DNA of 64,000 bases from Amoebidium appalachense (GCA_963693365.1 CAVNZM010000008.1:10672123-10736122), one strand, 5' to 3'. Positions 12,187-32,162 are shown, counted from the first letter of the stretch. Made by a program: numbers and translations. The notes: a model not told the origin generated them from the letters alone.

Positions 12187-14170
12187 GGCTATGTTGCTTT
12201 GTGATTAGAAGCGTAGTGTTTCTGGGGTTGTTTTAGATGTGGCTAGACGCAGGATTTAACGCTTAGTGTGAAGCAACTGTGTTTTTTGTTGTTGTTGTGG
12301 TTGGGGGAGGGGGGGATGGTGCTATGCTTACATGATGGGTGTGTGTTCATATTCAAGAGAGCAAGGGAGGGGTTTGCTCTGATGAACTGCTGAAGGTGAA
12401 CGTTCAAAATAGTGGATATCTTATTATATAGTGGCTGGATAGTCTATTGGTCCACACGTGTGCGCAGGTTTTAGATAACCAGTACTGTGATAGTCGATAT
12501 GTGAATAAGCAATTCCACTGCAATGGTTAGCGATATGATCATTTTAAAAAGGGGCACGTGATCGTTATTATATATGGACATTTTTGTTTCTAATATTAGT
12601 GTATCTAGCACTGCTGTTGTGGGGCAATGTTTAAAGCGTCGTATATCTCTCTATGTTTCCTGATCCGAATATTTTCTTTTCTTAGCGTCTAAATTACTGT
12701 TAGATATCTGTTACCGTTTATGCATAAGTTGGGATGTGCACGTGCACACGGGATTTCTATCCATCTTCTGATGCTGGCTGCCAGACTCTTGAGACCGCTT
12801 CAATTATGATAAATGAGATATATCTGCTTTAATTTTTGCTTGGTGTCAAGGCCCGGAACGAATATATCCCCCCTCCCCCTCCCCCCCCTTCCCTACCCCC
12901 GAGGGCCCCCCTGTATCAAGGCAGCACGATCATAGGGCCAGATGTGTAGTATTGGCAGCTAGGAACTGTTTATGTTATTAAGGTGACCTTAAGGCGCATG
13001 CGTCATGCAGGCACGAGGTTTGATCCATCCGAAGAGGCCAGATCCATCGTGGCATATATAATACGTGTGCAATGCCGTGTGACACAATTTGGCCACCCGC
13101 ATGCGTTAGCGCGACCAGAAATTAATGGATGTCAAGCTTTCAGTGATGTAAGAAGGGGGGGGGGGGGGAAGGGATTCGCAGCATATTTACATGTCTACTG
13201 TAACAGTATACTATTAGAGCTTGTAGGACTAGCTGATTGGGCCGGGTCGCGAAAAGACTCGGCATTACCAACACTTCGAAGCTGGGAAACCGTTCAACTT
13301 CAGATACTCTTGAGCTAGAAATGGGACACTGTGCTCTAGGGCTTTAAGGGCGTTGTGGGGTCACAAGACATGACATTTTGGGGTTTTTGCTCATTTTTTC
13401 GTATTTTTCTACATGTACCAGTTCGCAGTCTGGTATTTCAGCTGCACAGAATAATGCAGTACAAATACAGGCACCGCCCCCACACAAGCTCACCGTGTTC
13501 CGGTTTACATATGTATCATCTAAGGTACCTCAAAACTCAACCTAAAAAAAATCACGTTAATTTACAGATCAGTATTCCCCCCCCCCCCCCCCCCCCCCCC
13601 CTTTTTGGAAAAGGGGGACCAGAGACCAGAAAGATAAGGGTGAAGGAAAAAAAGTGAAAAAAAAAAGGATGGCGTGTGTGTTTAACCTCTCCCATACATA
13701 ATTTATGCATCCGCCCATCCCTCGCGCGTGTATTTGTATGCACACCCATAATGCATAATCATTCGTCATTTCAAATTACACGCGCCAGCTCTTCACTGCA
13801 GCGAGCAAGGTGGAGAACAACACAACAAAAACTTATTCCAAAAACCAAATATCTTTCCCCCGGGAGTGGTGACCTCTAGCTTAGTATCAGGATGGAGAAA
13901 AACCAGAGGGAGCGAATTATTTCATTGTCATTGTCCCTGTGCTGTAACATATCAAACTTGGGGGAAACAAAACCACCTTTTACGGTGAAAAAAAATCGTC
14001 TCAGATCGAGATTTCATATTCTCATGAATGCCAACTTATCAGAGTGGAAGAAAAAACCCCACTCAAACCTGTTTTTTCAAGTCGAGTATTCTTAGACTCA
14101 AAAGCTGTAACATATCAGAGTGGCAGGAAAAAAACACCCACCCAAACTTGCTCTTTTTCAAATTGAAATT

Positions 14171-19937
<5,767 letters not shown>

Positions 19938-21654
19938 GTTGGCACAACTAGGATAAGCCCAAAACCAATTCCCGGAAACCAGACTATATATTACGGCGCC
20001 TTCATGCAGGTAACTGATGGTTTATTAACGTATTTACCCGGGGAAGAAAAGCCCAAAGTAGGTGAGTGCTTTTTGTAGGATGTGATGGCGTATACTTCCC
20101 AAACAGTTGTCGCAGAGCAATACCCGACCACAACATTAACGTCAATGCCTGGAGCTAGACGGTGTACATGCTTTCACTAGGTGCACCGGGTGACAGTCAA
20201 GATGGTAAACAGCCCGGAAACCTATAAGTTTATAAAATTCTCAGTAACTATATTGTTCTTGATTCGAGAGCGTTTCGAAGGCTTTGTAAGTTATACACGG
20301 AAAACAAATCAAAGAGAGAGAGTGTGTTTGCAAGCGAGGAGAGAGCTGCGCAAATGAAGTTGAATTTGACCCTTCCGAAAAAGCGATGGCTCTTCGCGTT
20401 CTACTCAGTATCTACAATATGAAGATTTAACATTACTGCCATACACCAAGTGGCAGAGTACGAGTCTATACACGCAAAATGTCAATATTCCTACATATAT
20501 AAATCCGACAAAAACATCTCATTTCCAAACCACAACAGTTTTCTTTTTGACATGCAGCCTGCCGTGTGCGTGTTTTCTTGGGACCACCGCAAAGCTCCGC
20601 CCTACCAGTGCTTTAATCTACTTTTCTGATATGGTGCGTATTTCGGATATATTATTGGTGTTCAATTTTCAACAGAATGTTATGATTGGCTGACAACTCA
20701 GCGGCTCACTGCAAGAATTCCCGATAGTTGAATGCTTGGACCTGAAGAATTCAAATTTTGCTAACATCCCGAATTATCTGATGCTGTATACCTCTTTTCT
20801 TCTTCTTTTGGCATCGAGCGTGCGCTTTAAAGGCAAAACACCAAGAATCTCCACGATTTAGCCAGCAATAAGGTGCTGGAAAATGACATACATACTGTAT
20901 TCTGGCAGCAAGCATAATATATATCTTTCAAAGCGATTTCAAATTTGTTAATTGGCCGGCTTATAAGGCTAATTTATTATGGCATACTCACAATAGATCA
21001 TTTATTCGAATAGATTTTATAATCTTTAAGGATTGGGTGCAAAGTATTTTTAGTAGCACATGTAAAACTGTGGCCTGAACTGAGGGCAACGCGGCGTTTA
21101 GTATTTATCTACTTCAACATGTTTTAAAGGGGAGCGCTCGAGCTCAGCTTTTGGGGTTCCGTTTTTTAAAAAAGCCTGTCACCAACAGAAGCACAGGAAT
21201 TCGATAGTCGATCATGGGTATAGGGTGAGCATACTTCGATGATTAATTCAGTACTATGACGTCACAAAGTGTCTTATTTTCGAGGGAAGCTTGTGTTCTG
21301 ATACTCCTTACAATCATTGAATTCCCCCTCAAAAAGCTAATCACAACTAGTTCAGTGTACTACAGCTGAAAATATAATACGAAGGTGAAATTTCTGCCGT
21401 TGTTCCGTAGATGCAACCCTAACAAAACTTTTTTGTTGATCAGCCTGTTCAAAACGCTGAGATTCCCCGGAAATGTCGTTTCCTCCTTTGTAGTGCTGTC
21501 AGTCCCCTCGCATTTGTCACTTTCATCGCACCAGATCCTGTGTGCGTGATCACCCAAACGCACGCGCACACACAGGCTCCCACACACAAAACGAAAACAA
21601 AAAAAAAAACCTTTGAATAACACAGGAGTGGCACCCAGGACACAATTGCAGAAA

Positions 21655-21759
21655 ATAACAAAAACACCAGGGAGACAAGAAGCATGCCTAACGCACACCA
21701 CACACACACGCACAAAATTACAAAAACACCAGGGAGACAAGAAGCATGCCTAACGCACA

Positions 21760-21780
<21 letters not shown>
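21655..21780. repeat. Tandem duplication of ~62 bp (ACAAAAACACCAGGGAGACAAGAAGCATGCCTAACGCACACC...)
   Basis: Two adjacent copies visible. Confidence 0.8.
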
Positions 21781-21796
<16 letters not shown>

Positions 21797-22398
21797 GACA
21801 CAAGTGCAGCCACACAGACACGCGCACGCGCGCACAAACACTGCCAGTCACACAGACACACCAAACTTCGATAAAACAATAAGTAGCACGAGGAAGACTG
21901 GCTGCGAAATAGCGGAAGAGCCATACAATTTATAGCCCAAACACCCACTCTAATTAACACGACAAAGGATGCCACCGGGTAAATAACAATCTACTGTAAC
22001 ACCGGCATGGACTTGGAATATTCAAACTCCTAGAGTTTGTCTCTAAGAAATAATAACCACATATCGAGTGTGTGGTTCGGAATAATATACACACCAGTAC
22101 AAGACTATATTACATAGCACTTGTGGGTTTGACTGAGGCGAGCATGCCGCATGGTCAACGAAGCAAAGTAGGAGAAACAAGAAATAAAGAGAGCAAGAGA
22201 TATTATCGAAGCACAAGATATTTATGCACTCAAACCCTCGGTCACCAATATAGCGGCGTCCCCATTTCCACTGCATATAGTACATCGATTTTCAGCAATC
22301 GACAATCGAAAAACACCCTCTAATATTAAAGATTATACTAAAATATCCACACACACCACAAACACACACACAACTTTTTCTTCCCCCATACCCATTTC

Positions 22399-23131
22399 TT
22401 ACTCAGTCACCACAAATGCAACACTGTCCTTCCCAGCACCGATCGACAGGACCTTCCCCCCCAACCCATCCACATGTGTGGGCGTGGCCTGGGTGCCCGA
22501 TGCGCCAGTCCCCAGTTTCGACGCATCCCCCCAACCGTAAACGGATGCCTCATTGGTCAGCGCAAAGCACGTGTTCGCCCCAACGGCCAATCCCTTAATG
22601 CCTTTTCCGGCAAGGGCCGTGACTTCCACCCAATGGTTGCCTTCCTCTATTTCCGTGTCGGTCTCGTTGCCAGTTCCGAGAACGCCACCGGCACCCTGTT
22701 TATGTGTTTTGTGTTAGAGGAGGTATGCAGTTGGAGTGGGTTTGTTGTTGTGAGGAAAATGTGAAGAGGTGCACCTTTTTGTATTTGTGTGTATGAACAT
22801 GTATACGCATGTGTGCATGAGCATGGGCATACGACTGCGTGTACGTGTGCCCATGTGTGAGGGTGTGAATATGAGTGCACGGGGTGACGGATAGGGGCGC
22901 CGGGAGGGGAGGGGGGGGGGGGGGGGGTTTAAATGTGTCACAGCGAATGTAGAACAGAATCACGACGGACAACACATTTCTGCATGTACAGCACACAAGA
23001 GTATGCATAATTAGGGGATGGGGGGGGGGGGGGGGGGGGGGGGGGTTGAATGCATCATAAAGCACGAAGTACACAAAAACAACGGACAACACGATGCAAA
23101 GTGCAAACCACAGCTGTAGGGGGGAGAGGTC

Positions 23132-23170
<39 letters not shown>

Positions 23171-23358
23171 AAAGGCACCATGCATGTATGATTCAACGCG
23201 CTTCTGGCATTACTTGCATGCATGCTGATGGTGGCATGTTGCCTGTTCTCCCCCCCCCTCCCTCCCTCCCCCCTTCTCTTCCATCCTCCCACTCTCATTT
23301 CTATTTTCTTGCATAATTCTTTTCTTGGGGGCAGGGGGCAGGGGGCAGGGGGCAGGAA

Positions 23359-23397
<39 letters not shown>

Positions 23398-24935
23398 AGC
23401 TGATACATACCTTGCCACGTGCCCACACGTGCCCCTCCGCATCCACCGCCACCACAAATTCCTGGCCAGCCGCCACCCCCACCACCTTCTTCCCCTCCAA
23501 CAGCGTCACCTGCACGGGCACATGTTGATCCTCCTCATCTTCCACCCCAACCTCCCCCCCAGCACCAAACGCAAACATAACCCCATCTCCCATAACGACA
23601 AAAGTGCTCGCGGGCCCGCAGAAAACATCAACGGCTTTCGCGTCGTTTCCTTTAACCCCACGGCGCCGTGGAATGCGCGCTTCGCTTGGGGTCAGGAGGA
23701 TATCATCGTGCTGGCGGGTGGTGCGGGGGCCTAAACGGCCCAGCCTGCCGTGCTCGCCGCACCCGAAAGTGAGCACCTTTCCATGTTGGGTTAACAGGAC
23801 CGCATGCTGGGAGCCACTGACAACCTTGATGCATGGGTCACGTTGGTTGGTGTAGATCTCGGTGGGTGTTGTGTGCTCACTGCCAATCAACTCATCCTTG
23901 CCGTTCTGGAAAAGACCAGAAGCGTCAATATGCGGGAAAAGCTGAAAATAAGTCGTGGTATGCTAACCAACTGCAACACAGGGGAACATGTGATTGTGTT
24001 ACCCGGGAGAAGGGGGGAGGGGGGAGGGGGAAGGGGGAGGTATGTGTTAGAATGCGTAAGAGAGCACCAGTCACACATTCATGACGGACAACACAAGGAT
24101 GAGTGCAAAGCACACATAAAGGGTATGCGGGAAGGGGAAAGGAAGGAGAGGGGGGAGGGGGGGGGGGGGGGGGGGGGAGGGGGAAGGGGATGGGATGCAT
24201 CGATTGAAAAGTGAAAAGCATGGAAGCAATAAAAGAACACCTGGTGCAGATCGAAGCAATAAAGGAACACCTGGTGCAGAGCCATCACCAGGGGCGGTTC
24301 CCATGCCTGAACAAAAAGAACCATTTCCCGGCAACGGCAGCGGGGGGGGGGGGGGGGGGAAGGGGGGAGGGGAAGGGGGAGGGGGAGGAGGGGGGAAGGG
24401 GGCGGGGGGGGGGGGGGGGGGGGGGTAATGAAACGTATACTCTACAGAGACTAACACCGTTTCCCTCGGCATTTTTTCTCACCTACCCAAGCCCCCCTCC
24501 CCGTCCCCCACACCACGTTCATGCACAAGCAAGCACACAAAACGGTACACACACACACACACACACACACCTTGAACGCGCCCAGCAGGTAGGCAGATCC
24601 GTCTGCAGCCAGCACCAGGGTGTGACTGCCCCCACAGGCGACTTGCACTCCCTCCTTGCCCGATAGATTAAGTGCTCCAATTGCGCCGCTGCCCCACGTG
24701 TGCACCTGATAAGAACACGGTGAGTGTTAACTTTTCACAGGTAAGTATGTGTGTCTTTGTGTTTGTGTGTGTGTGTGTCTCTGTGTTTGTGTTTGTGTTT
24801 CTGTGTGTCTGTGCGCGCGCGTGTGCGCGCGCGCGTGTGTGTGTGGAAACTGCAGATGACGACTGATTTGTGCAGAAGTCAGGCCAGCAGAGGGAAGAGC
24901 AGGTGGGAAAGAAACGAGGTTGGAGTGGTGGTGGT

Positions 24936-24984
<49 letters not shown>

Positions 24985-25204
24985 GGGGAACAATGCTGAA
25001 CGGGGTACGAAGGGGAAGGAGATATAGAGAGTGTGTTGGTAGACAGAGCCTCAGAGTACAAAAATGAGCTTATGCAGGGAGAGCAAGAGAGACGAGAGAA
25101 GAAGTAAGAGAGCGAGAGACTGGCTGGTGACCAGAGGGGGTGGGGCAGACAATAATCATAATGTCCCCTCTGCATAGACCATGACATGACATCCCAACCT
25201 AACC

Positions 25205-25239
<35 letters not shown>

Positions 25240-25799
25240 CTCTCTTCGATTCTACCAATCATTCACAAACATGCAACTCCACCACCCATGCACCACACAT
25301 CCACGTACGTACATACACACACACACACACCATTACACAAACATACAGCTTTCCCTGCCCAGGCACCCAAAAAACAGGTACATGTGCACACATACCCACC
25401 ACCCACCTACTCACCCCCCCCCCCCCCCCCCCCCCCTCCCCCCCCCCCCCCCCCCCCCCCCCCGAAACCGCAAACCCCCAAAAAAAGAACACCCACCCAC
25501 CCACCTTGCCCTCCTTATCCACGGCTGCCCCATGTGCATCCCCACAGGCCACCTGCCGCACCTCAATCTCCTTGAGAGCATCAAACAGCGCCACCTTCTG
25601 GCCCGACCCGGCCAACCACACCCGGCCCGACCCGGCCACCTGGTGGCTCGGGTGCTGGCCCTGAATGGAGACTGCTGGTTTCTCTGTGGTGTGTTTCGTC
25701 AGGACTGAGGCTATGGTGCTCCACACGAACAAAAGAAATGGCCAGAATACTGCAAATCAAGCATCCCCCCCCCCCCCCCCCCCCCCCCCCATCCAACCA

Positions 25800-25831
<32 letters not shown>

Positions 25832-25901
25832 GGAAACTCAAACGTCTGAATCATTGTCAATGTCCATTCCCTTGTCACTAGTCTCCAATACCCCCCCTCC
25901 C

Positions 25902-25932
<31 letters not shown>

Positions 25933-26171
25933 ACCCCACCCCACACACACACACAAAAAAAAAACTGCTCGGCCTCCCTCTGTCTGCCCCAGTTGGTTCC
26001 AGAGCCCTCTCTACAGATGCAGCGTCAAGAGGCAAGGGGAAACACCCGGTACGAGTTTAGGATCTGATAGCTATCATAGCGGGTAGTGGTGGAGGAAGGG
26101 GTGGGGAGCGGAGTAGGCTACAAACATATAGGGTGGTCCAAAGAATGAGATGCCCCCCCCCCCCCCCCCCC

Positions 26172-26209
<38 letters not shown>

Positions 26210-26575
26210 CATTAACAAAAAAATCAGTGTGTATATGCACTTGATGGGATGGCATGCAAGTATCAATCAACCAGGGAGTAGGCACCATATACCGAACATC
26301 GCGGGAGGTGGGAAAACAAAAGCAGTTGCCATAAAAACCGGATAATTTTTTCCTTTTGGGTTAAGGAGGGAAGAAAAGGGGGGGGGGGGGGGGGGGAGGG
26401 GGGGGAGATGCGATTTGATTGGCCACGGCCAACCCAATGCAGATATCCAAAAAAGGACAATAAGCCAAAAACGAACACATGCAGTATGCAACATAAGCAG
26501 GGCCGGGGGAAGGGGGGGTAGGGAAGTGGGGAGGTGGGGTGGTGTGTGTGTGTGTGTGTTTGTATGTGTGTGTGT

Positions 26576-26615
<40 letters not shown>

Positions 26616-27906
26616 GGGGGGGGAAGAGTGTGGCACATAACACGAAGCATACCTCACAACGATTATTAAAATCATGCACACACACAAGTATGCAATGTGA
26701 GCAGAGGCTATCCTGCATGGACGTTCTATGCCTGCGGGGGAAGAGATGGGGGAGGGGGCGAAGGGGGGGGGAGGGGGGGGGGGGGGGGGACGGGGGTTTA
26801 TACCAATGCGTCCCCTCTTTACAGCCGGTTTCTCTTCCGGTTCCTGGGCCGGACGCTTGACCTGCTTTGGTTCCTTCTTCGATGGCCGGCCACTACCCTT
26901 ACGCCCAGACTGCTCTTTCTCTTCTTCCTCTTCCTTCTCTTCTTCCTCTTTCTCCTCTTTCTCTTCGTCTTTCGTTTCTTTCACTTCCTCTTTCTTTTCC
27001 TCAGCCTCTTTCATTTCAACGTCCTCACTTTCAGCTGCCTTGTGCGGCTCAGCCTTCTCCTCCTCCTTTTTCTCTTCCTCCTCCTTTTCCTCCTCCTTTT
27101 CCTCTTCCTCCTTCTTTTCATCCTCCTTCTTCTTTTCCTCCTTCTTTTCTTCCTCATTCTCCTTGACATCCAAATCCATGCTTTCTGGTTTTTCTTCAGC
27201 AGGCACAGGCACCACGTCCTCTTTCTGAACAGCCACCACCTCTTCACCCGGAACTGGCACAATATCCTCCCTCGAAACAGGCACAATTTCCTTACTCGGA
27301 ACAGCCACAACTTCCTCACTAGGAGCAACGACAACAGCTTCGGTTTCCACTGGGGGGGCTGCAGTTGCTTCCCCCGTCTGTTTCTCTGTGCTTTCCTCGG
27401 TTTTTGCCTCGGCAGCAGGAGCGTTTGTCTCTACAGAGGTGGCTGGTGCCTCCTTGGCAGGCTCCTTCGCTGGCTGTGAATGTTGAAAATGGTCAGCGAT
27501 CGGTTCAAAAAAGCATTGTTTTTTCGGCTCAGAACAACATTAAAGTGTCTATGGCTAAGAGTTTTGCGAGCATGGCGGATGGAGGGGGTGGGCTGATGGG
27601 GAAAGGGAGAAACACTGAGAAAGTGCACTTCTCGGTCTAAGAAGTTCATGTCACACCTCGTTTCACACAAAGAAACGACTTCCCAACACAAGGCCAAGAC
27701 TACAAGGCTTTCACACAGCCAACACCATTTCCCAGAATGTCAAGCAAGTAGCCGTGCACGTTTGCCGTCTTCCACGCTTAGAAAGCAAACAAACAAATGC
27801 AAATGATTTGCCAACTGCGATGACTTTGCATTTATGAGGGAGCGTAAGAACGCCTCGATCGACTATTTGTGCAACAAGTACCACAGGGACATGGAGTTAG
27901 GTTAAC

Positions 27907-27949
<43 letters not shown>

Positions 27950-28321
27950 CCCCAGTCCCCCCTCCCCCCTCCCAGGTGGCACTTCGAAATTCAACCTAAA
28001 AGCGTCACAATTAGGGCCACTACCCCCCCTCCCCCCTACATTCATTCGACTCGTGTTTTTTGAGAATCAACTCAGAGCTGTCACTACGTATGCCATAAGA
28101 TGACGACGTATCGAGTGCGGACCTACAGGTCTGGCTATCAGCATGTAAAGATTGCCTGTTGGTCTCTGTGCGAATTACGCACGAAAGCGATAACTAGTAG
28201 AAGAAAATCCCGCATCCAGGCTGAATTCTCTATAAAAGAAACATATAGTGGCATCTACCTGCTCAGCAGAAGGGGGCGCAGGCACGGCATCTGCAGTGGC
28301 ATGGACATCACCGTTTTCCAT
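22399..28321 (-). CDS. RCC1-repeat (beta-propeller) protein with long acidic/Lys-rich N-terminal tail; exons 28321-28259, 27473-26804, 25710-25505, 24705-24571, 23905-23411, 22695-22399
   Basis: Repeated RCC1 motifs (VACGDAH, VACGGSHTLVL, VVSGSQHAVLL...FGCGEHGRLGR, VAAGQEF, LAVGANTCFAL...VYGWG); all junctions GT-AG and in phase. Confidence 0.9.
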
Positions 28322-29114
28322 GTTGATGTTTTGTACCAAGAGAACTCTATTATGAGCGTTAGCGTTGACTCACTTGAAGATGCTACCTTCTCAAGCACAA
28401 AATAATTTGAAGAAATACGTGACACAGCTATATTGTGTATGCTTATTCTCTACCTGTTACAACAGCTTTTCACTTCAGGTAAACCTACAAAGAAAGACGT
28501 TTCAAGCTTCACCGTGACCGCGCTTTTTTTTTGTACCGGCGACGCGACCGGACTTTTCCTGTCCAATTAAATTTTTGGACATCAAATCCTGTTGAATCCA
28601 CGTGATTGGTTGTATAAATCCTGGGCGGGAGCCGCATGCAGGCACTGTGATGTGCAAATGTACTGTTCATGAAATTGAACATTGAAAATCAAAAGACACC
28701 AGCAACATAGAAAAATATTACATAGCATACCTCTAATATATTTTTTAATATGTTATCTATACTTGGTGGTGCTCTTAGTTAGCATCAGGTGTCCAGACAG
28801 AAAGGCATTGTTTTTACCGCGCTCCCGGTGTGATACCTGTGTAATTACCCCAGCCTCTTAGTAGTTACGCAATTGTTTGGTCACCACCGGCAAATGGCTC
28901 CTGATAAAAGCACTTTTGACGTATGTACAATGTAGACCACTCGGACTCAGCCAAAACGTTACGCTGCCGTAGGCTACATGGCCGGCCGGTGTGCGCCGCA
29001 ATCCACCGGCGCCCGCCAATATGGCATATACCTTGTGGTGACGACCTCGGCATTTTTTTATATGGCTATGCCAGAAGCAAAAATCATTCCTGAAAAAAAT
29101 AACTGGGGTTTTAC

Positions 29115-32060
29115 ATGTACACAATAAACCCAGCTCAGACACCTTATGATTCCATGGCCGGAAAATCTGGCAGCCGTTCGCCTCACTACGTCACGCAGGC
29201 AATGACGTCATCTTTGCCGCGATCAGATGGAGTATGTCCAAAGTCACACTTTGCGGTTCCCTCAAATATCCCATGCCCACAACACCGACTGGGGAGTGGC
29301 CTTTTGGCCATCAACCATGTCAAAACGGGGGTTTACGCTGTTTACTCGAGGCAAAGAGAACCAGTCTCAGGTATGGGGGGGGGGGGTTTTGCTCGGAATA
29401 TCCCCTCAGCGGTATATCATGATCACGTACATAGATGTCGGGTGGTGACTATATTCTCTCTCCCTCCTAACCTCTCTAGGTCATCTGACCACTCTCCTAT
29501 CCTTTTCCTACCTAAGATCTCCCTTGATCTGCTCCCCCCTCCCCCTCCCACCTTTCGCCTCCGTCTATCCCAGCTTAAGTCACAGTGGGGTAGAGTTGAT
29601 GTATGTGTATGCTATGCTACGAAACACCCTATATATATGCGCCTATTAGAATCTGCACAAGCCAGGCCAGATTCACATCTCGTACTAGATACATGCACTA
29701 ACTTTATTGTTGATGATTTGATAGATCTCGGTGATTATGCTGGCGGTGGTAGGAAGGAATATCCCGATGCTCTCTTGTTACCAAACACCACTCCCGCTAG
29801 ACTAGGTGAACCCCTGTCTCAAAAGGAAAGCTTGCGCCGGCTTGCTAGTATGAATCGATTTGGCCCCCCTGCTCGTATTATTGGTGATACCACTGGAGAC
29901 CCCCTCATAGACTCTGATAAGTATTTCTCGGAACTGTTTAAAGATAGGACCCCCGCTCAGAAACCTATTGTGTGGCCTGTAGACCCATCTATCCCCATAG
30001 AATCGATCCTCCCCTTTTTCAGTCCCGATGCCATATGGTCTGTGATATCTAGTTATAGCTCTAGTAAGTCTTGTGGACCTGATGGACTCCCTGCTGGGTT
30101 TCTTAAAATCCTTGTTCCCTCCTACCCACAAAAGGAAAGTGATCGTGCTATTAAACCTGATCTTACTATCATGTTAAGCTCTCTCTTTTCTTGGTGTGTT
30201 AAATGTGGACATGTCCCGTCATCTTGGTTAGATACCTTAGTGATCCCCATAGTTAAGAAGGACTCTGAGGGCCCCATATCATCCTTTCGCCCCATTACAC
30301 TAACCCAGGTTGTTCGTAGATTCTTTGAAGCTTGCTTACTTAGGTTATTTGCACATCACCCTAGGTTTCAATCTATTCTTCACATACACCCATGCCAATC
30401 CGCTTTTCGTAAAAACAATTCATGTTATGTTCAAATAATGGCACTGCACGATTCTATGCAAGTTGGTGCACAATATGTTGGCTTTATTGATTGGAAAACT
30501 GCTTACGATTCTGTCTCCCCTGGTCTCCTATGGGAAAAGCTTGCTGCACGGGGTGTACCACACTGCATTGGTGTTCTGTTAGAAGCACTCTTGTCTCAAA
30601 CCTATGGTAGAGCTGTGGTTAATGGGCATCTTTCATATGGTTTTGCTCGTACTAGAGGTCTCTTGCAGGGTTCATTGCTTAGCCCCTTTTTGTTTAACCT
30701 ATTTATAGATGATTTGGCTGTCAAGATTTACGCCGAAAACGATGACCCTATTAATAACTTTCCGCCTGCACTTCTCTATGCTGATGATCTGTCCCTCCTT
30801 GCCCGTACCCCTAGACGCCTGCAAAGATTATTCGATGTAGTGTCAGAGTGGTGCAAGGCAAACCTTATGATCCTTAACATAGACAAATGTGGTGTTCTTG
30901 TACCTGATATAGCTAACAATTTACACACATTTACATTATCATCTAAACCTGTACCTATAGTTCCAGAATACAAATATCTTGGTGTTCCGGTTGATTCTGT
31001 TGGTGTTATGTTTCCCCATATGGTCGAAAAGAGGGTAGAGTTGGCTCGTAAGCGGTTAGCTTTCTTCTCGGCTAATATTTTTAAAGACACCCCCCTCCAT
31101 CCTTCTATTAGACTTACATTTATTCGCACTTTTGTCTTCCCGGCATGTGAATATGGTTTACCCCTTCTCGCCGCTTGGATCAAGAAAGAGAGAACTAGAG
31201 CGCTTAAACCCTTGGCAAATTTCCTTGAAGCAGAAGTTGCCTCCTTTCTATCTAACAACTGTTGTAAACCTGGGCCTGTAACGCTCTCGATATATGGTCT
31301 GGTCCCAATAGCTGCTAGAGTATCCTATCTCGCGCTGAAATTCAATAAGCACATAAGCCGCTTAAAGAAGTATTTGCCCTCCCACCCTCTCTTCTCTATC
31401 CGACCTGTCCCCTCCTCACCTCTCCCCTCTTTCCTCCCCTCTCTCTCCCCTTCTCCCCTGGGCACAAATACAAATAAACCCCGCAATAGTGTGTGTGTGA
31501 CTTTGGACTGCCACCTACTTATTAAACATGTACACAATCACAAGATAATCACGCAATATAACAAATGGAAAAAGATACCACACGACACTAGACCCGATGA
31601 AAGCATACACCTTGAAAAACTAAGCCTTATGTCTCGTTTTATATATACTGACCGCCTCAACCATATTGCCAAATATGGCACTCGCAAGTGTATAACACCT
31701 AAATACATATTACCTTCCTGTAGAACTGGTCTTTCTCTAGCTGATGGTATTATTGATCAATTACCACGCTTTTACTGTACACGTGCTATACAGTGGAGAT
31801 CTAATAAGTATAAGGTGGCATCATTTGCATGCCCAAACAACACACACACACACCAGTTTAACCGGTCATGTATCGCCAAATGTAGTTTGATAGACCACAT
31901 AATACCGCAACACACACACGTCACATTCACAACAGACACCCAGAAAGATAGCCTACCTGTAAATTACAACATCCTTGATTTTATACTAAACACGCGTAAC
32001 TACGACCTGTTTATTAGATGTATTGATTGGCTTGAGAAACACATCACTACAAAATTATAG
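29115..32060 (+). CDS. Non-LTR reverse transcriptase ORF (981 aa as open frame; LINE-derived part starts ~29455; internal ATG at 29637)
   Basis: RT motifs KSCGPDGLP, FRPITL, QSAFR, FIDWKTAYDSV, GLLQGSLLSPFLFNLFIDDL, LLYADD, YKYLGV; C-terminal Cys/His cluster CPNNTHTHQFNRSCIAKC. Confidence 0.93.
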   Translation: MYTINPAQTPYDSMAGKSGSRSPHYVTQAMTSSLPRSDGVCPKSHFAVPSNIPCPQHRLGSGLLAINHVKTGVYAVYSRQREPVSGMGGGGFARNIPSAVYHDHVHRCRVVTIFSLPPNLSRSSDHSPILFLPKISLDLLPPPPPTFRLRLSQLKSQWGRVDVCVCYATKHPIYMRLLESAQARPDSHLVLDTCTNFIVDDLIDLGDYAGGGRKEYPDALLLPNTTPARLGEPLSQKESLRRLASMNRFGPPARIIGDTTGDPLIDSDKYFSELFKDRTPAQKPIVWPVDPSIPIESILPFFSPDAIWSVISSYSSSKSCGPDGLPAGFLKILVPSYPQKESDRAIKPDLTIMLSSLFSWCVKCGHVPSSWLDTLVIPIVKKDSEGPISSFRPITLTQVVRRFFEACLLRLFAHHPRFQSILHIHPCQSAFRKNNSCYVQIMALHDSMQVGAQYVGFIDWKTAYDSVSPGLLWEKLAARGVPHCIGVLLEALLSQTYGRAVVNGHLSYGFARTRGLLQGSLLSPFLFNLFIDDLAVKIYAENDDPINNFPPALLYADDLSLLARTPRRLQRLFDVVSEWCKANLMILNIDKCGVLVPDIANNLHTFTLSSKPVPIVPEYKYLGVPVDSVGVMFPHMVEKRVELARKRLAFFSANIFKDTPLHPSIRLTFIRTFVFPACEYGLPLLAAWIKKERTRALKPLANFLEAEVASFLSNNCCKPGPVTLSIYGLVPIAARVSYLALKFNKHISRLKKYLPSHPLFSIRPVPSSPLPSFLPSLSPSPLGTNTNKPRNSVCVTLDCHLLIKHVHNHKIITQYNKWKKIPHDTRPDESIHLEKLSLMSRFIYTDRLNHIAKYGTRKCITPKYILPSCRTGLSLADGIIDQLPRFYCTRAIQWRSNKYKVASFACPNNTHTHQFNRSCIAKCSLIDHIIPQHTHVTFTTDTQKDSLPVNYNILDFILNTRNYDLFIRCIDWLEKHITTKL
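29328..29454 (+). repeat. Left arm of 127/128-bp inverted repeat (MITE/foldback-like TIR)
   Basis: Reverse complement of 32275-32402 (2 mismatches near the outer end, G-run 12 vs 13). Confidence 0.92.
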
Positions 32061-32081
32061 CGCACGCGCACACACACACAC

Positions 32082-32130
<49 letters not shown>

Positions 32131-32162
32131 CCAGCTGATACCGAGTGTCCCGAGGGGAGCCC

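Noticed and set aside
21360-21975. Possible minus-strand exons between the RING and RCC1-like genes
   Set aside because: Could not assemble a phase-consistent, recognisable gene model.
24223-24280. 30-bp tandem duplication (also the ~76-bp near-duplicate at 14037-14160)
   Set aside because: Ordinary two-copy local duplications in non-coding sequence with no further structure.
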